A stretch of 52,149 bases of DNA. Source: an uncultured bacterium (GTDB lineage Bacteria; Sysuimicrobiota; Sysuimicrobiia; Sysuimicrobiales; Humicultoraceae). Location of the stretch: positions 1 to 52,149 of the forward strand of contig CAZGNA010000002.1 in NCBI GenBank assembly GCA_964526945.1. The letters are read 5' to 3'. Position 1 is the stretch's first letter. Each line of letters opens with the position of its first letter. Made by a program: the position numbers and the translations under genes. This document shows positions 18,426-26,413 of this stretch, piece by piece. Below the pieces are notes generated by a model. The model ran no database searches. It had not been told where the DNA came from and saw only the letters and a list, made by a program, of their open reading frames with translations.

Positions 18426-19916
18426 ATGGCGAGAGAGGAACCTGCCGGTTCCCAGGGAAGAGGACACCGAGGAGGACACGAGGTGAGCACCACCCCCGCG
18501 GCCGCTGCGCGCGCGGAAGACGAGGCTGCAGCCTACGAGGCGTTCCTCGCCGCATACCCGGAGTACGCCGACACGCACCTGCTCGACGACCTGCGGGCCA
18601 GCGAGTACGCGCGGCTGGACGCTGTCGGGCACGTCTACCTCGACTACACCGGCGCGAGCCTCTACGCCGCCTCGCAGGTGACCGAGCACCACGCGCTGCT
18701 GCGCCGGCGCGTGCTGGGCAATCCCCATTCGCAGAACCCCCCCTCGGCCGAGGCCACCGCGCTGGTGGAGGAGGCCCGGCGGGCGGTGTTGCGCTTCTTC
18801 AACGCCTCGCCCGAGGAGTACGTGGCGATCTTCACGCCCAACGCCACGGGCGCCCTCAAACTGGTCGGCGAAGCCTATCCCTTCGGCCCCGCGGGCCGCT
18901 ACCTGCTGACCTTCGACAACCACAACTCGGTGAACGGCATCCGCGAGTTCGCGCGCGCCCGCGGCGCGACGGTGACCTACGTGCCCCTGGTGCTCCCCGA
19001 CATGGGCGTCGACGAGGCACATCTCGACGCGCAGCTGCGGGCGGGGCCGGGCACCGCCGGCTTGTTCGCCTATCCCGCGCAGTCCAACTTCTCGGGCGTG
19101 CAGCACGCGCTGGCGTGGATCGACCGGGCGCACCACTACGGGTGGGACGTGCTGCTGGACGCCGCCGCGTTCGTGCCCACCAACCGGCTCGACCTCGGCC
19201 GGTGGAAGCCCGACTTCGTGGCGCTGTCGTTCTACAAAATGTTCGGGTACCCCACGGGGGTCGGGTGCCTGCTGGCGCGGCGCGCGGCGCTGGCGCGCCT
19301 GCGCCGTCCCTGGTTCGCCGGCGGGACGATCACCGTCGCCTCGGTCCAGGGCGACCGGCACTACCTGGCAGAGGGCGAGGCGGCCTTCGAGGACGGCACC
19401 CCGGACTTCCTGGCGATTCCCGCGGTGCCCATCGGGCTGCGGCACCTCGAGCGCATCGGCCTCGAGCGTCTGCACACGCGCCTGCGCTGCCTGACCGGAT
19501 GGCTGCTCGACCAGCTGCAGGCGCTCCGGCATCGGTCCGGTGCGCCGGTGGTGCGGATCTACGGCCCCACGACCACGGTCGGCCGGGGCGCCACGGTCAC
19601 CATGAACTTCTACGACGCCCGCGGGCGGTTCGTCGACCACCGCGCGGTCGAGCAGGAGGCCGCCGCGGCGGCGATCGCGCTGCGCACGGGCTGTTTCTGC
19701 AACCCCGGGGGCGGCGAGGTGGCCCTGGGCCTGGACCGCACCGAGCTCGTCGCCTGCTTCAGTCGGCCGACCGACCGGTTGACCATGGAGGACTTCCGGC
19801 GGTGCATCGATGGCAAGAGCAGCGGCGCCGTGCGCGTGTCGCTGGGGATCGCCAGCACCTTCGCCGACGTCTACCGGTTCGTGGCGTTCGCGCGCGGGTT
19901 CGTCGACCGGGGCTGA
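18426..19916 (+). CDS. class V aminotransferase / molybdenum-cofactor-sulfurase-like NifS domain protein (no MOSC domain)
   Basis: 'LDYTGASL', 'GNPHS', PLP-Lys block 'SFYKMFGYPTGVGCLL' and 'CFCNPGG' match the N-terminal domain of Moco sulfurases. GTG 18483 with GAGGAGGA upstream is an alternative start. Confidence 0.75.
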   Translation: MAREEPAGSQGRGHRGGHEVSTTPAAAARAEDEAAAYEAFLAAYPEYADTHLLDDLRASEYARLDAVGHVYLDYTGASLYAASQVTEHHALLRRRVLGNPHSQNPPSAEATALVEEARRAVLRFFNASPEEYVAIFTPNATGALKLVGEAYPFGPAGRYLLTFDNHNSVNGIREFARARGATVTYVPLVLPDMGVDEAHLDAQLRAGPGTAGLFAYPAQSNFSGVQHALAWIDRAHHYGWDVLLDAAAFVPTNRLDLGRWKPDFVALSFYKMFGYPTGVGCLLARRAALARLRRPWFAGGTITVASVQGDRHYLAEGEAAFEDGTPDFLAIPAVPIGLRHLERIGLERLHTRLRCLTGWLLDQLQALRHRSGAPVVRIYGPTTTVGRGATVTMNFYDARGRFVDHRAVEQEAAAAAIALRTGCFCNPGGGEVALGLDRTELVACFSRPTDRLTMEDFRRCIDGKSSGAVRVSLGIASTFADVYRFVAFARGFVDRG

Positions 19917-20176
19917 GGGCGGCGGCACCCGGCGCTCCTCCAGGCGCGAGTCGAACAGCGTCGGTAGGGACACGCGGGACCGGAGCCCGTCGGCGTCGGC
20001 GAGGGCGAAGAGGACCGGCCGCCACCCCTCGCGCAGCGTGATCTCGGGGGCCACATCCGCGCCCGCCGGGGCGCAGGGTGAACCTGCTGGTGGCCGTGCG
20101 CCCCCAGCTCGCGGCGCGGGCCGGCACCCTGCCCGCGACGGTGCTGTCCTTCCGCAGTGGCATCCTGCTGCGCGAC

Positions 20177-20202
20177 CTGCTGCCGCGGCCTGCTGCCGCG
20201 GC
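20177..20202. repeat. perfect 13-bp tandem duplication (CTGCTGCCGCGGC x2)
   Basis: Read directly: 20177-20189 and 20190-20202 are identical and adjacent. They lie in the 384-bp gap between convergent genes. Confidence 0.95.
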
Positions 20203-20300
20203 TCGAGGCGTTCCGGCAGCAGGGCAGCCCGGCGGGGCCTGCGCAGGGACGTGCGGATGATCCCGCAGGGGGAGCGGTGGGCCGGCGCAGACGCCCCGCG

Positions 20301-21428
20301 TCACGAGGCCTTCCTGCCCGGACCCTCGCGGGCCATCTCTGCCAGCGCCGCGGCGATGCGCGCCGCCGCGCCGGGCGGTCCCATCAGGGCGCGGCCCGCA
20401 GCCCCGCGGCGTGCGCGTTCGGCCGGCGCGCGCAGCAGGCGCACCGCGGCGGCGGCAGCCTCCCGCCACGTGCGTGTCGCGATCAGCGCGTCGCCCAGCA
20501 ACCGCGCCTGGGCCGCCAGGAACGCCGGCGAGAACTGCGGCCCGCGGCTGGGGAAGGCCACCACGGGCCGCCCCAGGCCCGCGGCCTGCTCGTGCGCGGT
20601 GCCGGCGAAGCCCATCACCAGCGCGGCCCGCGCCACCGCGTCGGCGAAGGCAGTCGTCACGTGGATCGCCGGCGCGTCAGGCAGCCGTGCGCGCACCGCG
20701 TCTTCGGCGACCGTCGGCGCGAAGACCAGGAGAAACCGGACCTCCGGCACCGCCGCCGCCACGGCGCGTGCGGCCTGCGCCAGCACCGCGGCGTTGTCCG
20801 GCGCGTCGTGGCGGCTGCCCGGCAACAACGCCACCACCGGCGCGTCCGGTGGCACCGGGAACGTCGCGCCGCGGGGCCGGACCAGGTCCATCATCACGTT
20901 GCCCAGGCAGTCGGCGGGCACACCCAGCTGCCGCAGGGCTGCTGCGGTCTCATGGTCGCGGGCGAAGACGCGCGCCGCGACCCGCCGCAGCCCCACCCTG
21001 GCCAGGAAGCCGAAGGGCGCAATGCGCACCGAGTCGGCCGTGGAGACAAAGGCCACGCGCGGGGCGGCGGTGCTGGCCATCCACAGGCAGTAGGTGTCGC
21101 CGACGGCCACCACCAGGTCGGCGTGCCCGTACCAGCGGGCCAGCGTGGCCCGCTGGGCGACCCACAGGCCGATCACGCCGGCACGCAGGTCCGCGCCCAG
21201 CCCCCGCCACCCGGCCCGAAACGCGAACCCGGCGCTGGGCAGCGTGCGACGCGGGTCCAGCAGCGGCACCTCCGGGGGGTACGCGCCGGTCCCCACCAGC
21301 GGGTAGGCGGTGATCTCGGCGCCAGGCAGGTGCCGGATGATCTCCGCCGCGATCAGGTCCTCGGCGTAGCCGTTGCTGACGAAGAGCACCCGCACCGCCG
21401 GGTTACTCCGCATCGCGGCCTGGGTCAC
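20301..21428 (-). CDS. lipid-A-disaccharide synthase-related protein (LpxB-related, TIGR03492-like)
   Basis: 375-aa ORF. N-terminal 'VLFVSNGYAEDLIAAEI' and a C-terminal GT-B-like 'GFAGTAHEQAAGLGRPVV'. GTG 21428 overlaps the upstream stop (GTGA). Confidence 0.6.
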   Translation of the reverse strand: MTQAAMRSNPAVRVLFVSNGYAEDLIAAEIIRHLPGAEITAYPLVGTGAYPPEVPLLDPRRTLPSAGFAFRAGWRGLGADLRAGVIGLWVAQRATLARWYGHADLVVAVGDTYCLWMASTAAPRVAFVSTADSVRIAPFGFLARVGLRRVAARVFARDHETAAALRQLGVPADCLGNVMMDLVRPRGATFPVPPDAPVVALLPGSRHDAPDNAAVLAQAARAVAAAVPEVRFLLVFAPTVAEDAVRARLPDAPAIHVTTAFADAVARAALVMGFAGTAHEQAAGLGRPVVAFPSRGPQFSPAFLAAQARLLGDALIATRTWREAAAAAVRLLRAPAERARRGAAGRALMGPPGAAARIAAALAEMAREGPGRKAS

Positions 21429-22549
21429 TCCACGTCATCACCGGAAGACGCCGCCTGGCGCAGCGCCGCGAACACACCCTCGTAGTACCCCCGCCACAGC
21501 AGGTGGTTGTAGCACTCGTTGAGGATCAGCCATCGCTGGTGGCGCTCGGCCCACGGCCGAACGCGCTCGACCAGGGCCGCCACCGGGCGCGTGCGAAAGA
21601 CCAGCCACTTCAACGGGAGCAGCGCCGGGTGCAGCTCCAGGTGGAACGCCAGCCACGCCGGGCCGCCGTGCTTGCGCCACAGGTAGACGGCTGCGCGGCC
21701 ATTCTGGCGCTGGCGGGCGGCGGCCGCCTCGATGGTCAACGGGTGGGAGTGGACGCCCACCAGCTCCGGATCGAAGACGAGGCGCCCGCCGGCGCGGCAG
21801 AAGCGCAGCGCGTAGTCCACGTCCTCGAACCCATACCCCCGGAAGCGCTCGTCGAAACCTCCGGCCGCTTGGTGGCCGGCGCGGGTGACCGACAGGTGGC
21901 GGCCGACGACGCGCAGCGGTGACAGGCCCCGCACCGACGACAGGCGCCGTACCGACGACAGCCCGCGGACTTGCAACAGGCGACGGCCCCGCCGGCCGAG
22001 GTGCCACCTGCCCGGCCCGTGGCGCGACAGGCTGCGCCCCTGGGTCGGCGGGATTAGCCCGTCCGCCGGCTCTCCCCGGCGGTCAGGCACCCGGTGGCTC
22101 GTGCGGCCAAACGGCGTGGCCAGCGTTGCGGCGTCGGGAACGGTGCGACCCTGCACCGCCAGCAGCGCGCGGCTGTCGGTGTGGTGCGCCAGGTGCCGGC
22201 GCACGAGGTTCGGGGCGGCGAGCACGTCGGCGTCGAGGAACAGGAGCACCTCGCCGCGTGCCGCTGCCGCGCCGGCGTTGCGCGCGGCGGCGAGCCCGCG
22301 GTGGGGCTGCGTCACCAGCCGCACGCGGGCCGGCCCGGCATGCGCGGCCGCAATGGCCGCGCTGTCGTCGGTCGAGCCGTCGTCGACGACTACCACCTCG
22401 AACGTGTCAGGGGGAACGTCCTGGGCATCCAGCGCGGCCAGCACGTGGGGCAACGTCGCGCGGGCGTTGCGGCAGGGCACGACGACCGAGAGACGCGCCG
22501 GCGGGCGAGGCACGTCAGCCAGCGACGGTGTCGTCGGACGCGGCGTCAC
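21425..22549 (-). CDS. family 2 glycosyltransferase (paralog 3 of 3) with internal repeat insertion
   Basis: 'LSVVVPCRN', 'VVVDDGSTD', 'LFLDADV', 'GYGFEDVD' and a C-terminal 'NHLLWRGYYEGVF' shared with the 23537..24598 paralog. There is no ATG; the start is GTG 22549 or GTG 22513. Confidence 0.8.
   Translation of the reverse strand: MTPRPTTPSLADVPRPPARLSVVVPCRNARATLPHVLAALDAQDVPPDTFEVVVVDDGSTDDSAAIAAAHAGPARVRLVTQPHRGLAAARNAGAAAARGEVLLFLDADVLAAPNLVRRHLAHHTDSRALLAVQGRTVPDAATLATPFGRTSHRVPDRRGEPADGLIPPTQGRSLSRHGPGRWHLGRRGRRLLQVRGLSSVRRLSSVRGLSPLRVVGRHLSVTRAGHQAAGGFDERFRGYGFEDVDYALRFCRAGGRLVFDPELVGVHSHPLTIEAAAARQRQNGRAAVYLWRKHGGPAWLAFHLELHPALLPLKWLVFRTRPVAALVERVRPWAERHQRWLILNECYNHLLWRGYYEGVFAALRQAASSGDDVE
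21921..21974. repeat. in-frame 18-bp tandem triplication inside the GT2 gene
   Basis: gacaggccccgcaccgac / gacaggcgccgtaccgac / gacagcccgcggacttgc. These are translated on the minus strand as VRGLSS-VRRLSS-VRGLSP. Confidence 0.85.
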
Positions 22550-23540
22550 CGGCGCCAGCAGGCGCTGCGCGCCGATACCGGTCCAGCGCGCGCAGGTAGT
22601 GCCGGTTGAGCGCGCCCCGCGCGACCAGGAACGCCAGCGTCGCCAGCCCGCGCCCCCGCAGCCAGCGCGCCAGGCGCAGGGCGTCGTCGGCCGGCAAAAG
22701 CCCGCCCGCAGCCATCGCAAAGTGCACCGCCCGCTGCACCGGCGTGTCCTGGACCAGCAGCCGCGTCCGCCAGCCCGGGTGCTTGCGCAGCAGGTAGACG
22801 GCGGTGCGCGCGCGCTCCTCTTCGCGCGCCAGCGCGGCTGCCAGGGTCTCGGGCAGGGGCGGCGGCTGCACGTGGAAGGCCACCGCCTCGGGGGCGAACA
22901 CCCGGGGAAGCCCCAACGCCCGCAGGCGCAGCCCCAGGTCGACGTCCTCCCACCCGTAGGCGCGGAAGCCCTCGTCGAAGAGCCCGGCGTCGAACACCGC
23001 CTGCCGGGGCACCGACGCGTTGGCCGTGTCGAGGAACGCCGGCGACGAGCGAACCACCGGAAGCCGCGCGGGCACCTCGGGACGCGGCACGAACACCACC
23101 GGCCCGCGGCCCACCACGGGCCGGTGCGCGGTCCGGTGCAGGGCGAGGTGACGCGCCAGGAAGTCGGGCCGGACCAGCACGTCGCTGTCGATGAACACCG
23201 CCAGCGGCGCCCGCGCGGCCCGGAGCGCGGCGTTGCGGGCGGCGGCCCGGCCCCGGTTGGTCGCCAGACGCACCACCCGCAGGGGCAGGCGCGCCGCGGC
23301 CGCAGCCAGCACCGCGGGCGTGGCGTCGGTCGAGCCGTCGTCGGCCACCACCACCTCGAACGCCGCGCGCGGCAGCGTCTGCGCCGCGAGGCAGTCCAGC
23401 GCTGCGGCCAGCAGCGGGGCGTGGTTGTAGGTCGGGATGACGACGCTCAGCAGCGGCGTGCCCGTGGACGGGATGGCCTCCCACGGCGTGCCGGTCTCGC
23501 CCAAAGCCGCCTCGCGTGGCGACGTGGCCGAACACCTCAT
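22515..23540 (-). CDS. family 2 glycosyltransferase (paralog 2 of 3)
   Basis: 'LSVVIPTYN', 'VVVADDGSTD', 'VFIDSDV', 'AYGWEDVD'. ATG 23540 overlaps the upstream stop (ATGA). Confidence 0.85.
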   Translation of the reverse strand: MRCSATSPREAALGETGTPWEAIPSTGTPLLSVVIPTYNHAPLLAAALDCLAAQTLPRAAFEVVVADDGSTDATPAVLAAAAARLPLRVVRLATNRGRAAARNAALRAARAPLAVFIDSDVLVRPDFLARHLALHRTAHRPVVGRGPVVFVPRPEVPARLPVVRSSPAFLDTANASVPRQAVFDAGLFDEGFRAYGWEDVDLGLRLRALGLPRVFAPEAVAFHVQPPPLPETLAAALAREEERARTAVYLLRKHPGWRTRLLVQDTPVQRAVHFAMAAGGLLPADDALRLARWLRGRGLATLAFLVARGALNRHYLRALDRYRRAAPAGAGDAASDDTVAG

Positions 23541-24598
23541 CGGACGTCCTGCGGCGTCATGGGGCGCGGCCTCGGGCGCATCGAGGCGTCCCGTCCTTCC
23601 CCGGGTCCCGCCGCAGGCGCCGGTCGCCGCCACGCGCCGAACACGCCCTCGTAGTACGCGCGCCACAGCAGGTGGTTGTAGACCTCGCCCGCGACCGCCA
23701 GCAAGCCCAGGCGTTCTGCCAGCCGCAGCACCGGCAGCAGCGGGGCCGTGAGCAGCCCGCTGCGGTAGACCAGCCACTTGACCGGGAGCAGCACCGGCAG
23801 GATCTCCAGGAACAGCCCCACCCGCCACGACCGCCCGTGCTTGCGCCAGAAGTACACGGCCCCGTCCCCGGCCTGGCGCATCTTCTCGCACAGCTCGGCC
23901 AGCGTCTGCACGTGATGATGGTAGGCGAGCGCTGTGGGCTCGTAGCGCAGCACGACCCCGTCGCGGACCAGGCGGTAGGCCAGCTCGATATCCTCCCAGC
24001 CGTAGCCGCGAAACGCCTCGTCGAAGCCGCCGGCGCGATGGAACGCCGCGGCGTCGACGGAGAAGTTGCGGGTGACGACGTGGTAGGGCGAGAGGCCCTC
24101 GCGGCGGCGCCGGGTGGTATCGAGCGCCACGCGGTGGGTGGCGCGCATGAAGAAGGTCACCAGGCTCGCCGGGTCGGTGGCCAGCCGTCCCTGCACGCCC
24201 AGGCCCGGGCGCCCGGCGTGGTGCGCCAGGTGCGCGGACACCAGCCCGGGCGTCGCCAGGATGTCGGCGTCGAGGAACAGCAGCACGCGGCCCCGGGCCT
24301 CCCGGGCGCCGCAGTTGCGCGCGGCAGCCCGACCGCGGGGTGGCTGGCGGACGACGCGCACGGGCGCTGGCCCCGCCATCGCCTCGAGGGAATCGCACGA
24401 GCCGTCCGTCGAGCCGTCGTCGACGACCACGACCTCGAAGGTCCCCGGCGCAGCCTCCTGGGCCTGCAGCGCCCGCACCGCGCGGTGCAGCGTGGCCCCG
24501 GCGTTGCGGGCCGGGATGACCACCGACAGCCGTGGCGCAGCCGGCGCAGGGACAGGATCCGGGGCGGTCTGCGTGACCTGCAGGGCGGGGCGCGCCAT
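23537..24598 (-). CDS. family 2 glycosyltransferase (paralog 1 of 3)
   Basis: 'LSVVIPARN', 'VVVDDGSTD', 'LFLDADI', 'GYGWEDIE', C-terminal 'NHLLWRAYYEGVF'. The ATG at 24598 lies 2 nt after the MsbA-like stop. Confidence 0.85.
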   Translation of the reverse strand: MARPALQVTQTAPDPVPAPAAPRLSVVIPARNAGATLHRAVRALQAQEAAPGTFEVVVVDDGSTDGSCDSLEAMAGPAPVRVVRQPPRGRAAARNCGAREARGRVLLFLDADILATPGLVSAHLAHHAGRPGLGVQGRLATDPASLVTFFMRATHRVALDTTRRRREGLSPYHVVTRNFSVDAAAFHRAGGFDEAFRGYGWEDIELAYRLVRDGVVLRYEPTALAYHHHVQTLAELCEKMRQAGDGAVYFWRKHGRSWRVGLFLEILPVLLPVKWLVYRSGLLTAPLLPVLRLAERLGLLAVAGEVYNHLLWRAYYEGVFGAWRRPAPAAGPGEGRDASMRPRPRPMTPQDVR

Positions 24599-24600
24599 GG

Positions 24601-26391
24601 CTACGGCTGGGGCACGACCGCACGCTCCACAGCCGCGAGGTCCAGCATCTGCAGGCGGAGCAGTCGCGCGTAGATGCCGTCGCGCGCCATCAGCTCGTCG
24701 TGCCGGCCTTCTTCGACCACGGTGCCCTGGTCGAGCACCACGATCCGGTCTGCGGTGCGCACCGTCGAGAGGCGATGGGCGATGATGAAGGTCGTGCGGC
24801 CCCGGGCGATGCGCTCCATCGCCTCCTGGATCAGCGCCTCCGATTCGCTGTCCAGCGCCGACGTGGCCTCGTCGAGGATCAGCAGGCGCGGGTCGTTCAG
24901 CAGCGCCCGGGCGATGGCCAGGCGCTGGCGCTGGCCCCCCGACAGCTGCAGCCCGTCGTCGCCCAGCGGCGTCTCGTAGCCCTGCGGCAGGGCCATGATG
25001 AAGTCGTGGGCGTTGGCCGCCCGCGCCGCCGCGGTCACCTCGTCCAGGGTGGCGTCGGGGCGGGCGTAGGCGATGTTGTCGCGCACGGTCCCCCGGAAGA
25101 GCACCGTCTCCTGCGGTACCAGCCCGATCTGGCGGCGCAACGACCGCACTTTCACCCGGCGGAGATCGTGGCCGTCGATCTCCACGGTGCCCGTGGTGGG
25201 ATCGTAGAAGCGCGCCAGCAGGTTGACCAGCGTGGTCTTGCCGGCCCCGCTCGTCCCCACCAGCGCCACGCGTTCCCCGGGCCGCGCCTCCAGCGACACG
25301 TCGCGCAACACCCACTGCCCGGGCTCGTAGGCGAAGGAGACCCGGTGGAACCGCACGTGGCCGACGATGGGCGGCAGCGCCACCGCCCCGGGGGCGTCGC
25401 CGGGCGCTTCCGGTTCCTCCAGCAACGTCCGCACGCGCGCGAACGCGCCCAGGGCCTGGCGCAGGCCGGCGTAGTGGCGGACCAGCGCCTGCGCCGGCTC
25501 GATGGCCAGCGCCACGTAGGCCAGGAACGCCACCAGCGCGCCGGCCGTCAGGTGGCCTGCTGTGACCCGCTGCCCGCCGACCCACAGCACGATCAGCGCG
25601 CCAAACGCGGTGAGGAAGCTGGTCACCGGGACCTGGATGGCGATCATCCGGGCGATCTTGAGGTTGGCGCGGAACGCCCGCTCGTTCACCTGGCGGAAGC
25701 GACCGATCTCGCGGTCCTCGCTGGCGAAGGCCCGGATGATGCGGGCGCCGACGAACGCCTCCCGGATCAGCCCGGCCAGGCCCGCCACGTGCTCCTGCGC
25801 CCGGGTGGCCGTGCCCTGGATCTCGCGGCCAAACGCCCGGGCCAGCAGCAGCACCGCGGGAATGATCAGGGCGATCACCGCCGCCAGCTGCCAGTCGATC
25901 CACAGGAGCATCGTCACGATGCCCCCCAGCATGAGCGCCGTGCTCGCCGCGTCCACCACGCCGCCCAGCAGCTCCGTCTGCACCAGCTGCGTGTCCTGCA
26001 GGCTGCGGGCGATGGCGTCGCCCGACTGCCACGCGGCGAACCGCGCCAGCGACCACCGCTGGATGCGCGCGAACAGGTCCTGGCGCAGGTCGGCGGTGAT
26101 GCGGTGGCTCATGTAGTACGTGGCATAGAGCTGGACGAACAGCGCCACGCTACGGACCCCGAACAGGCCCAGCATCACCAGCGCCGCGCGGTTGAGCACC
26201 GCGAAGTCGCGCGTGGCGATCAGCCGGTCGATGAGGCCGCCGGCGTAGCTCGGGGCGACCAGGTTCGCGGCGGTCACGAGCACCATGGCCACGAGCGCCG
26301 TGACCAGATGCCCCAGGTAGGTGCGCACGTACCCGGCCAGGTACGCAAGCTCGCTGGCGCCTGCCGTGCCCGCGCCGCGGTGTGCGCTCAC
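24601..26391 (-). CDS. msbA: MsbA-like ABC exporter (fused TMD-NBD lipid/glycolipid flippase type)
   Basis: 596 aa. Six-TM N-terminal half, Walker A 'GTSGAGKTT', 'LSGGQRQRLAIARA', 'ILILDEATSALD'. GGAGGA RBS before GTG 26391. Confidence 0.8.
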   Translation of the reverse strand: MSAHRGAGTAGASELAYLAGYVRTYLGHLVTALVAMVLVTAANLVAPSYAGGLIDRLIATRDFAVLNRAALVMLGLFGVRSVALFVQLYATYYMSHRITADLRQDLFARIQRWSLARFAAWQSGDAIARSLQDTQLVQTELLGGVVDAASTALMLGGIVTMLLWIDWQLAAVIALIIPAVLLLARAFGREIQGTATRAQEHVAGLAGLIREAFVGARIIRAFASEDREIGRFRQVNERAFRANLKIARMIAIQVPVTSFLTAFGALIVLWVGGQRVTAGHLTAGALVAFLAYVALAIEPAQALVRHYAGLRQALGAFARVRTLLEEPEAPGDAPGAVALPPIVGHVRFHRVSFAYEPGQWVLRDVSLEARPGERVALVGTSGAGKTTLVNLLARFYDPTTGTVEIDGHDLRRVKVRSLRRQIGLVPQETVLFRGTVRDNIAYARPDATLDEVTAAARAANAHDFIMALPQGYETPLGDDGLQLSGGQRQRLAIARALLNDPRLLILDEATSALDSESEALIQEAMERIARGRTTFIIAHRLSTVRTADRIVVLDQGTVVEEGRHDELMARDGIYARLLRLQMLDLAAVERAVVPQP

Positions 26392-26413
26392 CGTGTCCTC
26401 CGCCTGCGGGTCG

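Noticed and set aside
19917-20054. Minus-strand N-terminus 'MAPEITLREGWRPVLFALADADGLRSRVSLPTLFDSRLEER' that looks protein-like
   Set aside because: The frame has no stop before running ~1.7 kb antisense through the aminotransferase gene. There is no recognisable family. It may be chance or a remnant, and I cannot support it as a gene.
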